Made by a program: the position numbers and the translations under genes. Below are positions 1 through 10,416 of a DNA stretch of 64,000 nt, one piece after another (the first letter of the stretch is position 1; every line of letters begins with the position of its first letter). The notes below the pieces were generated by a model. That model was not told where the DNA came from and did no database searches. It saw only the letters and a program-made list of their open reading frames with translations. The stretch comes from an uncultured Planctomycetota bacterium (GTDB lineage: Bacteria; Planctomycetota; Planctomycetia; Isosphaerales; Isosphaeraceae): the NCBI GenBank assembly GCA_963823665.1, contig CAWGMQ010000005.1, positions 608,001 through 672,000 on the forward strand, in the 5' to 3' direction.

Positions 1-1
1 G

Positions 2-79
2 CTCGAGGATCCGTCGGAGCTCGGTGACGAGATTCGATCCCTGTTCGCTGCGCTTGGGAAGGAACCAGCCGGCCGCTGA
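2..79 (+). CDS. 3' end of an ECF sigma-70 family factor (partial, runs off the window start)
   Basis: Frame from base 2 reads LEDPSELGDEIRSLFAALGKEPAGR*, matching the C-terminus (LDDPSEMEDEIRSLFEAIAT) of the complete ECF sigma at 16763-17500. Confidence 0.75.
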   Translation, partial: LEDPSELGDEIRSLFAALGKEPAGR

Positions 80-147
80 TCGGCTGACTGGGGTTATTTC
101 GTGAGGTTACAGGAACGCGGACGGACAGCCCTTTGGAGACCTGTTCC

Positions 148-3100
148 ATGCCAGAACCCGCGCGCTGCCCGACCTGCGACGGCGAGTTGCCGACCGACGC
201 ACCCCTGGGCCTCTGCCCGATCTGCTTACTCACGCACGCAATCGATGACGAGGCGCCTGATTTTTTGCATGACGGCGAGTCCGGCGCGACGGCTCGCTGG
301 AACGACGACGGTCCCCACGATGCCGGCACGGGAACTCTGCCGGACGACGACGACGAGATCGGAACGCAGCTCGAATCCCCGGTGGCCCGGCCGGCGGAAT
401 CCGAGAGGCTGACGGCCAGGGGCCACTATCAACTCATGGGCGAGATCGGCCAAGGGGGCATGGGGACGGTTTTCAAGGCCCGTGACCCAGAGCTGGGGCG
501 CGATCTCGCCGTCAAGGTCCTCCACGAACGGCACCGGGCGACGGGCGACTTGATCCGCCGCTTCATCGAGGAGGCCCAGATCGGTGGCCAGCTCCAGCAT
601 CCGGGGATCGTGCCGGTGTATGAGCTGGGTGCCTTCAGCGACGGCCGGCCTTATTTCACCATGAAGCTGATCAAGGGGCGTACCCTGGCAACGCTCTTGA
701 AAGAACGTGTTGACGTGGCAGACGACTTGCCGCGTCTCCTGGGAATCTTCGAGCAGGTCGCACAGACGATGGCTTATGCGCACTCCCGCGGCGTGATCCA
801 CCGGGACCTGAAGCCTTCGAACATCATGGTCGGGTCGTTCGGCGAGGTCCAGGTGATGGACTGGGGTCTGGCCAAGATCCTGCCAAGCGGTGAGGCCCAC
901 ACGGCTGCTCTTGAGCGTCCGGCCAACGAGACGGTCGTCGCCACCGTGCGATCGAAGGGCGACAGCGATCACACGGAGTTCGGCTCGGCCATGGGCACCC
1001 CCGCCTACATGGCTCCGGAGCAGGCGTGCGGCGAGACCGAATCGATTGACCGCCGGGCCGATGTCTTCGCCCTGGGCTCGATCCTCTGCGAAATCTTGAC
1101 CGACTGGCCGGCGTTTGCCGGGGGGAGTGCCCAGGAAGTCCTTCGCTCGTCGCGCCGGGGAAACACCGCGGCGGCGCTCGCGCGCCTGGAGACGTGCGGT
1201 GCAGACGAAGAGCTGCTTGGCCTCGCACGCGACTGCCTCGCCGTCGAAGCTCGAGATCGACCTGCCGACGCGGGAGCCGTCGCCGGGCGCATGACCGCCT
1301 ATCTGGCCGGTGTCCAGGTGCGGCTGCGCACGGCCGAGCTGTCGCGTGTCGAGGCCCAGGCCCGGGTCGAGGAAGAGGCAAAGCGACGCGTGCTGGCTGA
1401 GCAGCTCGCCGAGGAGGCACGTGGACGGGCCGAGGAAGCCATTCGAAGGGCAGCCCTGGAACGGCAGCGGCGGAGGCTGCAGCTTGGCCTCGCGGCATCG
1501 CTGCTGGCCTTGATGACTGCTGCAGGGCTCGGCACAACTTACTATCTCGAGCAGCGTCAGGCCCGAGCCGGGGCGGTACAGCAAGTCCTCGGCCGCGCAT
1601 CCACGCTGCTTGACGAGGCCCGCAAGCACGCCGGCGATCCGGCGCGGTGGCAAGTCGCCCTGGCTGCCATCGACCAGGCCGACAGGGCCTTGAGCGCCGA
1701 CGCCGTCGCTCAGGAACGCGTCGCGGCCCTTCGCGCAGAGGTCCTCCAGGGTGCTGCGGCGGCCGAGCGCGATCGACGGCTGCTTGACCGGCTGGTCGAT
1801 ATCCGCAGCGCCGAGGCCGACGACCCGGGCGGCTTGAGTACCGAGAAGGACTACGCTCGGGCATTCGGCACGGCGGGGTTGGAAATGGCCACACTGACCA
1901 CGGAAGAGGCGGCCCGCCAGATTCGTGCACGGCCGCTGGAGGTAGCGACGGCCCTGGCAATCGCTATAGACGACTGGGCCGCCATCCGTCGCGATCGACG
2001 AAAAGACGCCGCCGGCGCGGCGGCGCTCTCGGCCCTGGCCAGCGCCGTCGATTCGGATACCTGGCGCGCCCGGTTGCGCCGTGCCCTTGACCTCCCTAAA
2101 GAGGGCTCTCGCCTGGAGGCACTACGGCGAATGGCCAAGGATGCGCCGCTCGAGACGCTCGGTCCCGTCAGCCTTGACCTGCTCGGCCGCGCACTCAAGG
2201 ATGCGGGGGATCCAGCCGGCGCCGAGTTGGTGCTGCGGCGGGCCGAGCGGCTTCACCCCGACGACGTCTGGCTCAATTATGACCTGGCCCGGGCGCTGGA
2301 AATGCTGGCACGGCGGGATGAGGCGATCCGATACGACATGGCGGCCCGGTCGCTCAGGCGCGAGACGGCTCACGAGCTGGCCCATTTGCTCGGAGCCAGG
2401 GGCGAACGGGATGAGGAAATCGCAATCCTCGAAGATCTCAAGCGGGCAAGACCCGACAGCGGTCGACACCTCGGCTGCCTGGGGAGAGCGCTCAAGAGCC
2501 AGGGGCGATTGAAAGAGGCTGCCGCGATTCTGGCGGAGGCCGAGGCGGCTAATCGCGAGGCCGTCCGTCTCAGGCCCGACGACGCCCAGGCGCACTTCAG
2601 CCTCGGCTTCGCCCTGTACATGCAGGGTAAGCTCGATCAAGCGATCGAGGAATACCGCGCCGCCATTCACATCCAGCCCGAGACCCCCGAATTCCACGAC
2701 AGCTTGTGCGAAGCCTTCGGCAAGCAGGGAAAGCTCGCTCTGGCGATCGAAGAGTATCGCGAAGCCATCCGCATTCAGCCGGGGTTCGCGAATGCCTACA
2801 ACACCGTCGGCGACATCCAGTTCTCCCTGCGGCGGGATTTCCGGGCAGCCGAAACCGAGTTCCGCAAGGCCACTCAACTCCGGCCGGACAACGCCGTTTA
2901 TCACAACAATCTTGGCTTGGCTCTCCAGAAGCTGGGCAAACCGGATGCGGCGATCGTCGAATACCGCCTCGCCTCCGACCTCAATCCCAGCTTCGCCGAT
3001 GCCCATCTCGGCGTCGGCGAGATTCTGGAATCGCGGGGGAAGCTCGACGAGGCCATCGTTGAGTATCGATCTGCCAGCCGAATCGATCCCAACGAAGACG

Positions 3101-3534
3101 ATGCCCACAATCTACTCGCCCGGGCCCTGGTCACGGCACCCGATCGCGCCGCCGTTGCTCAGACCGAGGCGCTGGCCCACGCGCGGCAGGCGGTGAGCTT
3201 GAGCCCCGACGACGCGGCATTCCGCAACACGCTGGCACTGGTCGAATACCGCGCCGGACACTGGGCCGACTCCATCGCCGCGGCAGAACGCTCGATCGCA
3301 CTGGCAAAACGTGTGGACGCCTCCAGTTGGTTCCTCCTGTCGATGGCGCTCTGGCAGCAAGGCAACAAGGAACGATCTCGGTCGCTCTTCGACCGGGCCG
3401 TGTCCTGGACGAGAAAGAACGAGCCGAAGAAGGCAGACCTGCTCCTCTTCTGGCGCGAAGCCGCCGCGCTGCTCGGTCAGCCCGGTCCCGACTCCTCGGC
3501 GGCCGACCTTCCCCCGAACGTGTTCGCGCAGTGA
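148..3534 (+). CDS. Hanks-type Ser/Thr protein kinase with N-terminal Cys4 zinc ribbon, TM helix and C-terminal TPR repeats
   Basis: GQGGMG, VKVL, HRDLKPSN, DWG, GTPAYMAPE motifs; CPTC..CPIC at the N-terminus; hydrophobic LGLAASLLALMTAAGLG; repeated AHFSLG/YHNNLG/AHLGVG TPR units. GGAG RBS before ATG 148. Confidence 0.95.
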   Translation: MPEPARCPTCDGELPTDAPLGLCPICLLTHAIDDEAPDFLHDGESGATARWNDDGPHDAGTGTLPDDDDEIGTQLESPVARPAESERLTARGHYQLMGEIGQGGMGTVFKARDPELGRDLAVKVLHERHRATGDLIRRFIEEAQIGGQLQHPGIVPVYELGAFSDGRPYFTMKLIKGRTLATLLKERVDVADDLPRLLGIFEQVAQTMAYAHSRGVIHRDLKPSNIMVGSFGEVQVMDWGLAKILPSGEAHTAALERPANETVVATVRSKGDSDHTEFGSAMGTPAYMAPEQACGETESIDRRADVFALGSILCEILTDWPAFAGGSAQEVLRSSRRGNTAAALARLETCGADEELLGLARDCLAVEARDRPADAGAVAGRMTAYLAGVQVRLRTAELSRVEAQARVEEEAKRRVLAEQLAEEARGRAEEAIRRAALERQRRRLQLGLAASLLALMTAAGLGTTYYLEQRQARAGAVQQVLGRASTLLDEARKHAGDPARWQVALAAIDQADRALSADAVAQERVAALRAEVLQGAAAAERDRRLLDRLVDIRSAEADDPGGLSTEKDYARAFGTAGLEMATLTTEEAARQIRARPLEVATALAIAIDDWAAIRRDRRKDAAGAAALSALASAVDSDTWRARLRRALDLPKEGSRLEALRRMAKDAPLETLGPVSLDLLGRALKDAGDPAGAELVLRRAERLHPDDVWLNYDLARALEMLARRDEAIRYDMAARSLRRETAHELAHLLGARGERDEEIAILEDLKRARPDSGRHLGCLGRALKSQGRLKEAAAILAEAEAANREAVRLRPDDAQAHFSLGFALYMQGKLDQAIEEYRAAIHIQPETPEFHDSLCEAFGKQGKLALAIEEYREAIRIQPGFANAYNTVGDIQFSLRRDFRAAETEFRKATQLRPDNAVYHNNLGLALQKLGKPDAAIVEYRLASDLNPSFADAHLGVGEILESRGKLDEAIVEYRSASRIDPNEDDAHNLLARALVTAPDRAAVAQTEALAHARQAVSLSPDDAAFRNTLALVEYRAGHWADSIAAAERSIALAKRVDASSWFLLSMALWQQGNKERSRSLFDRAVSWTRKNEPKKADLLLFWREAAALLGQPGPDSSAADLPPNVFAQ

Positions 3535-3818
3535 AGCCACATGCATCGCATGCAGGGGCCGTTCACGGGTCCCTTCTCATCGATCAGCTCAAACCGCGCC
3601 GGACGGGATCCGCACCACATCCATTTTCCTCACCTCCGCGCGCTCCACAATCCGATAATTCCAGTTATGCGGACTGTCCCTGCGATGCCAATGCAAATCG
3701 TCGCGCCGGTCGAAGCGACCAGTGGAGTACGGTAACCACTCATGCCTGCACGAGATGCCACTGGTTCTGAGCGCAAGTCGCAGGTTGCAGCGCCTTACGT
3801 CCGCACCGCGCAATCGCC

Positions 3819-5417
3819 GTGCTCGCCCTTTCGTGCTTGACCGTCGCCGGCTGCATCACCACCAGCCCGCACCAGTGGCTGCAGAACGGCCTCAAGGTCG
3901 GCCCCGAATACGGCCGGCCGGCCGGACCTGTGGCCGCTGAATGGATTCAGGCGAGCGATCCTGCCGTCCAGGAGAGCCCATTTGCCGGTGGAGAGTGGTG
4001 GAACGTCTTCGATGATCCCACCCTGACCGCGCTCGTCCACCTCGCATACGAACAAAACCCCAACATCCGGGTCACCGCCTCGCGCGTGCTCGAAGCACGC
4101 GCCGGCCAGGCGATCTCCGTCGGCAACTTGCTGCCCCAGTCTCAGCAGGCCACCGCCTCCTATAGCCGCGTGAACCTGAACCGGAACATGCCGGTCATCG
4201 ATCAACTGGTCAAGGTGCTTCCACCTGGCTCCGGAGCGTTCTCTAACTGGTTCTACGGCTTCAACCTGAGCTGGGAGCTCGATCTCTGGGGCCGTCTCCG
4301 CCGAAATGTCGAATCGTCGAATGCCAGTCTGGATGCATCAATTGAAGATTACGACTCCGCGCTCGTGACCCTTTTCGCCGACGTGGCTTCCAGTTACGTG
4401 CAATATCGGGTCGCTCAGCAGCGAATCAAGATCGCGCGAGACAACGTCCGGATTCAAGAGGGCGTGCTTGCCCTTGCCTCCGAGAAATTCCGCGTCGGCA
4501 CGACAACCAGGCTGGACGTCGAGCAGGCGCGTACGGTCCTCGAGCAGACACGCTCAACGATCCCCGCGCTCGAGATCGTGCTCGGCCAGGCCAACGACAC
4601 ACTCTGCACCCTGGTGGGCATTCCTCCGCGCGACCTCGCTGCCGATCTGCGAGAGGGCCCGCCCCTGGGCAGCTCGCCAATCCCGAACGCCCCGGCGTGG
4701 GTCGCCGCCGGCATCCCCGCCGATCTGTTGCGCCGCCGTCCCGACGTTCGCAGCGCGGAGCGCCAGGTTGCCGCGCAATCGGCGCAGATCGGCGTGGCCG
4801 AGGCCGACCTCTACCCCACCATCTTCGTCAACGGCACCATCGGCTGGGATGCCGCCGACTTCTCACAGGCGTTCTCGAACAAGAGCGTTTTTGGCTTGCT
4901 CATCCCCGGCTTCCGGTGGAACATCTTGAACTACGGCCGGATTCTCAACAACGTGCGTCTCCAGGAGGCGCGGCTTCAGGAAATGATCGCGACGTATCAG
5001 GGCAAGGTTCTCTCCGCCGGCCGCGAGGTCCAGGTTCCCTTGCGAGGGTTTCTCAAGTCTCGCGAGCAAGCTGACGATCTCGCCAAGAGCGTGACGGCCG
5101 CAACGGCAGCCACCGAGGTCGGCGTCGGCCAGTACCGCGCCGGCACAATCGACTTCAACCGCGTCTTCAACCTCGAGACGACCCAGGTGCAGCAGCAAGA
5201 GCGCCTTGCAATCTCGCAGGGCGATATCGCGCTCAACCTGATTGAAGTCTATCGAGCCTTGGGTGGCGGCTGGGAGCTGCGATTGGACGACCCCAATCCT
5301 CCAGGCCCGCACCATGCGACCCTGGCGACGAATCCTCCGCCCCCGTCGCCGCCCGCAACACCGGTCATGGCCCGAGCGTCCGACAGCCCTAGCCTAAGCG
5401 GAGGCATCACGCGATGA
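3819..5417 (+). CDS. Outer-membrane efflux lipoprotein, NodT/TolC family
   Basis: Lipobox-like LTVAGC; WWNVFDDPTL, SWELDLWGR, IPADLLRRRPDVRSAE and YRALGGGW signatures. Start codon uncertain. Confidence 0.9.
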   Translation: MLALSCLTVAGCITTSPHQWLQNGLKVGPEYGRPAGPVAAEWIQASDPAVQESPFAGGEWWNVFDDPTLTALVHLAYEQNPNIRVTASRVLEARAGQAISVGNLLPQSQQATASYSRVNLNRNMPVIDQLVKVLPPGSGAFSNWFYGFNLSWELDLWGRLRRNVESSNASLDASIEDYDSALVTLFADVASSYVQYRVAQQRIKIARDNVRIQEGVLALASEKFRVGTTTRLDVEQARTVLEQTRSTIPALEIVLGQANDTLCTLVGIPPRDLAADLREGPPLGSSPIPNAPAWVAAGIPADLLRRRPDVRSAERQVAAQSAQIGVAEADLYPTIFVNGTIGWDAADFSQAFSNKSVFGLLIPGFRWNILNYGRILNNVRLQEARLQEMIATYQGKVLSAGREVQVPLRGFLKSREQADDLAKSVTAATAATEVGVGQYRAGTIDFNRVFNLETTQVQQQERLAISQGDIALNLIEVYRALGGGWELRLDDPNPPGPHHATLATNPPPPSPPATPVMARASDSPSLSGGITR

Positions 5418-5728
5418 AGTTGAAAAAATACGCCCGATTCTGGGCCGCTCTACTCACGGCGATGATTTGTGCTCACGCGCACGCCGGAGGTACCGTCGAC
5501 GACGACATTCAACATTCCCATTTCTTCGCGCGGCTGAAACCGCGCGGCGGCTGGAACCCCGACGGCCGCGGCATCTTCCACTGGTGGAATCGCGATTGCT
5601 ACCCCCGCCCCTGCGCACCCGACGATTACTGCCGCAAGCCGATGCCAAACCTCTGCCGGCCGTTTGTGCAAGCTCACTTCGCAGAAACGCAGCACAGCGT
5701 CGACACGATTCCGGCGACTGTTCGCTGA
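5414..5728 (+). CDS. Small secreted Cys-containing hypothetical protein
   Basis: ATGA overlap with the efflux gene stop, GGAGG RBS, signal peptide (AHA-G), CYPRPCAPDDYCRKPMPNLC segment. Confidence 0.7.
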   Translation: MKLKKYARFWAALLTAMICAHAHAGGTVDDDIQHSHFFARLKPRGGWNPDGRGIFHWWNRDCYPRPCAPDDYCRKPMPNLCRPFVQAHFAETQHSVDTIPATVR

Positions 5729-5836
5729 ACGCAAAGCCCTTGTTTCGACGCTCTCGCGAGGGAACGGTGTTCCAAGCCGCTTCCTATCCCTCACAACTCT
5801 CGATGCTCCAAGAGCGCACGCCCCTCACATGCGGGC

Positions 5837-5859
5837 GGCACACGGAGTGTGCCTGCTAC
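5837..5859 (-). repeat. GTAG-type REP-like hairpin (GGCACAC-GGA-GTGTGCC followed by TGCTAC)
   Basis: Perfect 7-bp stem with a GGA triloop; reads GTAGCAGGCACACTCCGTGTGCC on the minus strand; lies between convergent genes. Confidence 0.65.
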
Positions 5860-5863
5860 GACC

Positions 5864-6904
5864 TCACAACCCCCGATGCTCCAAGAGCACCCTTTTCACC
5901 TCCCGTATCGCATCCGGATGATCCTGGCACAGATGCCCCGCTGAGATCACAACTTCCGAGCCCGCACCCTCCAGGTGAGCACTTGCAAAGCTGACCAGCC
6001 CATCGCCTGGTTCGTCCCCCACAGGATCTCTCCTGACAGCGACGATCGAATGAATCTTCACGTCCGGTGCAGCCGTCAGGTCGCGCAGACTCTTGAGGAA
6101 CGGCGTCTCCCAGGCGAGCTCCTCGAGCGAGCTTGGCACGCCCTTGCGAAAATCGTCCTTGAAGAAGCCCGGGGTATTGCGTGCGATCAACCGGTCGTGG
6201 GCCGAGCGAAGCAGCTCGGTTCCCTTCGCCAGCCGCGTGCCCAAGCTGAGCAGCCAGCCGCGGTTGAGCCTGCTCCCACGGTGCGGAGTGGCGATGAAGA
6301 CCACGCGGCGCACCTCTGGCAGCGGCTTGACCAGCAGTGCCTGGCCGAAAAGCTTGCGATCCTCGGGCTCGCCCACGAGCTGTTCGAACGGCCGGTCGCT
6401 CACTTCGTGCCATAGCCGCGTCCCGCTCTCGACGACCATCATTTTCGCCAGCAGTCCGCCCATGCTGTGGCCGATCAGAACCATTCGGTCGAACGATAAG
6501 TCGGACTTCTCCGGATCGAAGCGCCTTCGCGCCTCCTCCAGGCTGCGCCTGAGCAGGCAAGCCGAATACGGAATCGGGTCGCCCGTTGCGTAGCGGAACG
6601 TCCAGAACTGGTATTCGTCTCGAAGACCCGGATCAGACTCAATCGCCGTGATCATCCGCTCCCACGAAAGCGGTGTCGCCCACAGCCCGTGGATGAATAC
6701 GACCGGTACCTTGCCCCGCGCGTACGGTCGCCGCAGGGTAAGCCCCTCTGGCGCGGCTCGGAGCACCGCCTCGGGTGAAGGGACGCGATCGGGCGGATGC
6801 TCCCCGCGCTCGCCTCTCCCCAGCTCATCGCGCGGCTCTTCCGCCGCGACCGCTGCCGGTACCACCTGCAACCAGACAACGAAAATGACCAGGAGCTTCC
6901 TCAT
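5864..6904 (-). CDS. Secreted alpha/beta-fold hydrolase (lipase/esterase-like)
   Basis: Signal peptide, VVFIHGL, nucleophile elbow GHSMGG, ATPHRGS, GDGLV and a C-terminal His (SAGH). Confidence 0.88.
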   Translation of the reverse strand: MRKLLVIFVVWLQVVPAAVAAEEPRDELGRGERGEHPPDRVPSPEAVLRAAPEGLTLRRPYARGKVPVVFIHGLWATPLSWERMITAIESDPGLRDEYQFWTFRYATGDPIPYSACLLRRSLEEARRRFDPEKSDLSFDRMVLIGHSMGGLLAKMMVVESGTRLWHEVSDRPFEQLVGEPEDRKLFGQALLVKPLPEVRRVVFIATPHRGSRLNRGWLLSLGTRLAKGTELLRSAHDRLIARNTPGFFKDDFRKGVPSSLEELAWETPFLKSLRDLTAAPDVKIHSIVAVRRDPVGDEPGDGLVSFASAHLEGAGSEVVISAGHLCQDHPDAIREVKRVLLEHRGL

Positions 6905-7187
6905 GGAAGGATCTCTACGTCGCTGAGGATGACCTCCAGGCGCTGCCGTTCGCCGTGAGTTCGCTCGACGTCCACGTCGATTTGCGAGATTGACTGCGGG
7001 GCACGACTCCCCTCCACAGATGAACGGACGCCGCCCCGTGCGCCGATCGCCCGAAGTTTCCTATGTTTTGGGGAATTGCGCCGCGATTCCCCACACCCAC
7101 TGCCAGGTCCGTCTCACCGCCGGCATTGACGAGCCGGGATAGAATGGAATCGGCTTGACGGAACGACCTCAGTCTAGGACATATTTC

Positions 7188-8216
7188 ATGCACCCATTTC
7201 TATTCCCGCTGGCTGATGCGGATTCGGAGCCGCGAGCCTCCGAGCCGATTCGCCCTGCCGACCCGGCGATTGAGCGCGAAGCCCTCGATGCTTACTCGCG
7301 AGTGATCGTCACCGTCGCCGAGAAGCTCGGCCCGGCCGTCGTGAATCTTCGTGCCGTCGGGGCCGACGGCAGCCGGCGAAATGGCGGATCAGGCTCCGGC
7401 TTTCTGATCACTCCCGACGGATTTCTCCTCACCAATCACCACGTCGTCCGCGGCGCAAGCCGGCTGCGTGTTCGCTTGAATGACGGGCGCGAGGTCAATG
7501 GCCACGTCGTGGGGGCCGACCCCTGGACCGACGTCGCCGTCGTCCAGGCTGAAGACTCCGGGCTCCCCCACGCCCAGCTCGGCGAGTCGGCCGGCTTGCG
7601 AGTCGGCCAGTTGGTCGTGGCAATCGGCAGCCCCTTCGGTTTCGACTCCACCGTCACCGCCGGCGTCATCAGCGCGCTGGGCCGCACCCTGCGCAGCATC
7701 ACCGGGCACTTGGTCGACAACGTCATCCAGACCGACGCTGCACTCAACCCCGGAAACAGCGGCGGCCCGCTGCTCGATTCTCAAGGGCTGGTGATCGGCA
7801 TGAACACCGCGATCATTCACTCCGCCCAGGGAATCTGCTTCGCAATTCCCATCACCATGGTCAAGCGCATCTTCCCGCAGCTCATGCAGCACGGGCGGGT
7901 CGTACGCGGCTACCTTGGCATGCACGGGCGCGACGTCCCGATTGCGCGGGCTGTCGCGCGCTTGCTCGGCCTCAACCAGGAAACCAGCGTGGAGGTGATC
8001 GGCCTCGAAAAGGACGGCCCGGCCGCACAGTCCGGCATGTCCGAAGGCGACCTGATCATTTCCATGGGCGAGCAGCCGATCACTGGGCTGGACGACCTCC
8101 AGAAACGCCTGTCGGAAATCCCCGTGGGAATCCCAGCCGAGGTCGTATTCCTGCGCAACAACCGCTTGCTCTCGCGATTCGTCGTACCGGGAGAATATCC
8201 CAGCCTGGAAGTCTAG
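7188..8216 (+). CDS. HtrA/DegP-like trypsin serine protease with one PDZ domain
   Basis: GSGSGF, TNHHVV, IQTDAALNPGNSGGPL; PDZ segment RGYLG...GPAAQSG. No clear signal peptide. Confidence 0.92.
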   Translation: MHPFLFPLADADSEPRASEPIRPADPAIEREALDAYSRVIVTVAEKLGPAVVNLRAVGADGSRRNGGSGSGFLITPDGFLLTNHHVVRGASRLRVRLNDGREVNGHVVGADPWTDVAVVQAEDSGLPHAQLGESAGLRVGQLVVAIGSPFGFDSTVTAGVISALGRTLRSITGHLVDNVIQTDAALNPGNSGGPLLDSQGLVIGMNTAIIHSAQGICFAIPITMVKRIFPQLMQHGRVVRGYLGMHGRDVPIARAVARLLGLNQETSVEVIGLEKDGPAAQSGMSEGDLIISMGEQPITGLDDLQKRLSEIPVGIPAEVVFLRNNRLLSRFVVPGEYPSLEV

Positions 8217-8217
8217 T

Positions 8218-9546
8218 TCACCCTGTAAACCGCTGCACCACGAGCGCCGTGTTCTGCCCGCCAAACCCGAAGCTGTTGGAAAGCGCTACATCGATGTGGC
8301 ATTCTCGCGCCGCGTTCGGCACATAATCCAGATCGCAGTCCGGATCAGGATATTCCAGATTGATCGTGGGTGGCACGACTCCGTCCCGGATCGCCAGCAA
8401 GCAAAGAATCGCCTCGACGGCCCCTCCGGCGGCGATCAAATGTCCGGTCATGCTCTTGGTGCTCGAAACCGGAATCTTGAACGCACGCTCGCCGAACGTG
8501 CGCTTGATCGCCACTGTCTCCACGGAATCATTCACCTTGGTGCTCGTGCCGTGCGCGTTGATGTAGTCGACGTCATCGGGGCCAAGCGATCCATCCTCGA
8601 GCGCAAGCTGCATCGCGGTCACTGCGCCCTGGCCGTCGTCGCGGCTGTCTGTCAGGCGGAACGCGTCGGCCGTCGAGGCATGGCCGGCCACTTCTCCGAA
8701 GATGGCGCCCCGCGCCTCCGCGCATGCTCGAGCTCTTCCAGCACCAGCATCCCCGCCCCTTCCCCGATCACGAACCCGTCGCGTTCCCGGTCAAACGGCC
8801 GGCTCGCGCCGCGCCGGCTCGTCGTTGCGAGTCGACATGGCGGTGAGCAGGATGAACCCCGTCACGCCAAACGGGTGAATCATGCTGTGAACACCGCCCG
8901 AGAGCATCACATCCGCACTGCCGCGGCGAATGATCTCGACGGCCTCGCCAATCGCCTGGGCGCTGGCTGCGCAGGCCGTCAGGCACGAGAGGTTCGGACC
9001 TCTGGCGCCGAAAACACTCGCCACGTGCCCGGCGGGCGTCCCCGGCTCCTGCTCCTCTTCCTTGAGCCGGTCGAGCAAGCCCAGCCCGAGCTGCGTGAAC
9101 CGGCTGGTATCCACCTTGTCGTCGCCTTTGCTTCGATAAATCAGGTCGACGATCCGCGGAAAATCCTGCTGGCCTTCGCCCGCGCCGAGGTAAACGCCAA
9201 TCCGTGTTCTGTCTCTGGCCTGGTATTCCAGCAAACCCGATTGCTCTACCGCCTGCGCCGCGGCTGCCAACGCGAGCACCGTATTTCGGCCATGGTTCGC
9301 CCACCGCCCCGCTTCATCGCCCAGGTAGCGCGCAAGCTGGAAATCCTTCACCTCGGCAGCAATCCTCGTTGGAAACGTCCGCGCGTCGAACAGACTGATC
9401 GGTCCGACGCCCCCTTGCCCCTGGCGCACCGCCTTCCACGTCGATTCCACGTCCGCTCCGACGGGCGTGACCAACCCCAATCCCGTGACCACAACCCGTC
9501 GTTTCGCTCGATCCACGTCTCTCACCCTCGACTTTCGCCCTGGCAC
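8218..9546 (-). CDS. fabF: Beta-ketoacyl-ACP synthase II family protein (two apparent frameshifts near 8810 and 8705)
   Basis: RRVVVTGLG, catalytic [24 protein letters not shown] (in the third frame), [23 protein letters not shown]. Confidence 0.88.
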
Positions 9547-9571
9547 CGTGATTCACGCCCAGCGCATCACA

Positions 9572-10204
9572 TCAAATGACCGTGCGCTTGCGTCGCGGCG
9601 AGGCCTTTGCGTGCGGCATCTGCACCGCACCTAGTATCTCCGCAGCCACTTTCCGGCACGACTCCAGGATCTGCACCGAATAAGCCGCATCTCGCGCGCA
9701 GCGAGCCAGCCCCAGGCCGCCCACGCATATCGCCACTGCTGCGAGCGCGCGCTCTTCGGAGCACGCGGAGTTTCCGGCCATCGCATGCGACGCCAGCTCG
9801 CTCACAATCCCTCGCACGAGCGCCTCGAAACGCACCTTCACCGGCCCGTCGGCCCGTGCCACTTCCGAGACCAGCGCCGCCAGCGGGCAGCCGTCCTCGA
9901 CACCGCGGCAATGTTCCGCACTGAGATACCGGCCCAGGAACGCCTCGACCCACTCATGACCCGAAAGCCCCTCGCTCGACGGCACCAGGCGCTCGCCCGC
10001 TTGAGCAGCCGCGTGCTCGAGCGCTTCTGCCAGAAGAGCCTGCTTGGAGTCGAAATGCGCGTAGAACCCCCCCGCCGTGAGCCCCGCCTCCTCCATCACC
10101 TTATCAACGCCCGCCCCGTGATACCCCTCTCTCCGGAAGACCTTTCCCGCGGCCCCGAGGATCCGCGCCCGCGTCTTCTTCTTCCGATCCACCGCGTATC
10201 GCAC
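9572..10204 (-). CDS. TetR/AcrR family transcriptional regulator
   Basis: HTH segment TRARILGAAGKVFRREGYHGAGVDKVMEEAGLTAGGFYAHFDSK; GCP motif; GTG start after a G-rich RBS. Confidence 0.92.
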   Translation of the reverse strand: MRYAVDRKKKTRARILGAAGKVFRREGYHGAGVDKVMEEAGLTAGGFYAHFDSKQALLAEALEHAAAQAGERLVPSSEGLSGHEWVEAFLGRYLSAEHCRGVEDGCPLAALVSEVARADGPVKVRFEALVRGIVSELASHAMAGNSACSEERALAAVAICVGGLGLARCARDAAYSVQILESCRKVAAEILGAVQMPHAKASPRRKRTVI

Positions 10205-10244
10205 AAAGTCCCCCCTGCTGAAGTGCGCAAGACCCCCGCACATT

Positions 10245-10273
10245 ATATTACGCTCGTAATCTTAAAAGGTCAA
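10245..10273 (-). promoter_or_regulatory. Sigma70-like promoter (TTGACC-17 nt-TAATAT) overlapping the palindrome ATTAC-GCTC-GTAAT, a probable TetR operator
   Basis: Minus-strand -35 at 10268-10273 and -10 at 10245-10250 with an exact 17-nt spacer; inverted repeat at 10247-10260 in an AT-rich patch upstream of the TetR gene. Confidence 0.7.
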
Positions 10274-10416
10274 GCGCGGGCATGGAAGCATCGGCGGTGG
10301 TAGAATCTACAGTCGCTCGAGCGCGAAGGACCCCCGTCTCTCCTACGGAGAAGCCGAAGGCGAACCCATTCGGGTGCCGGACTGACACAGGTACGCGAAA
10401 TGTCGGAGTGCCCGTC

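Noticed and set aside
226..3108. Minus-strand ORFs of 328-475 aa over the first kinase
   Set aside because: Shadow frames of a clearly motif-bearing plus-strand gene.
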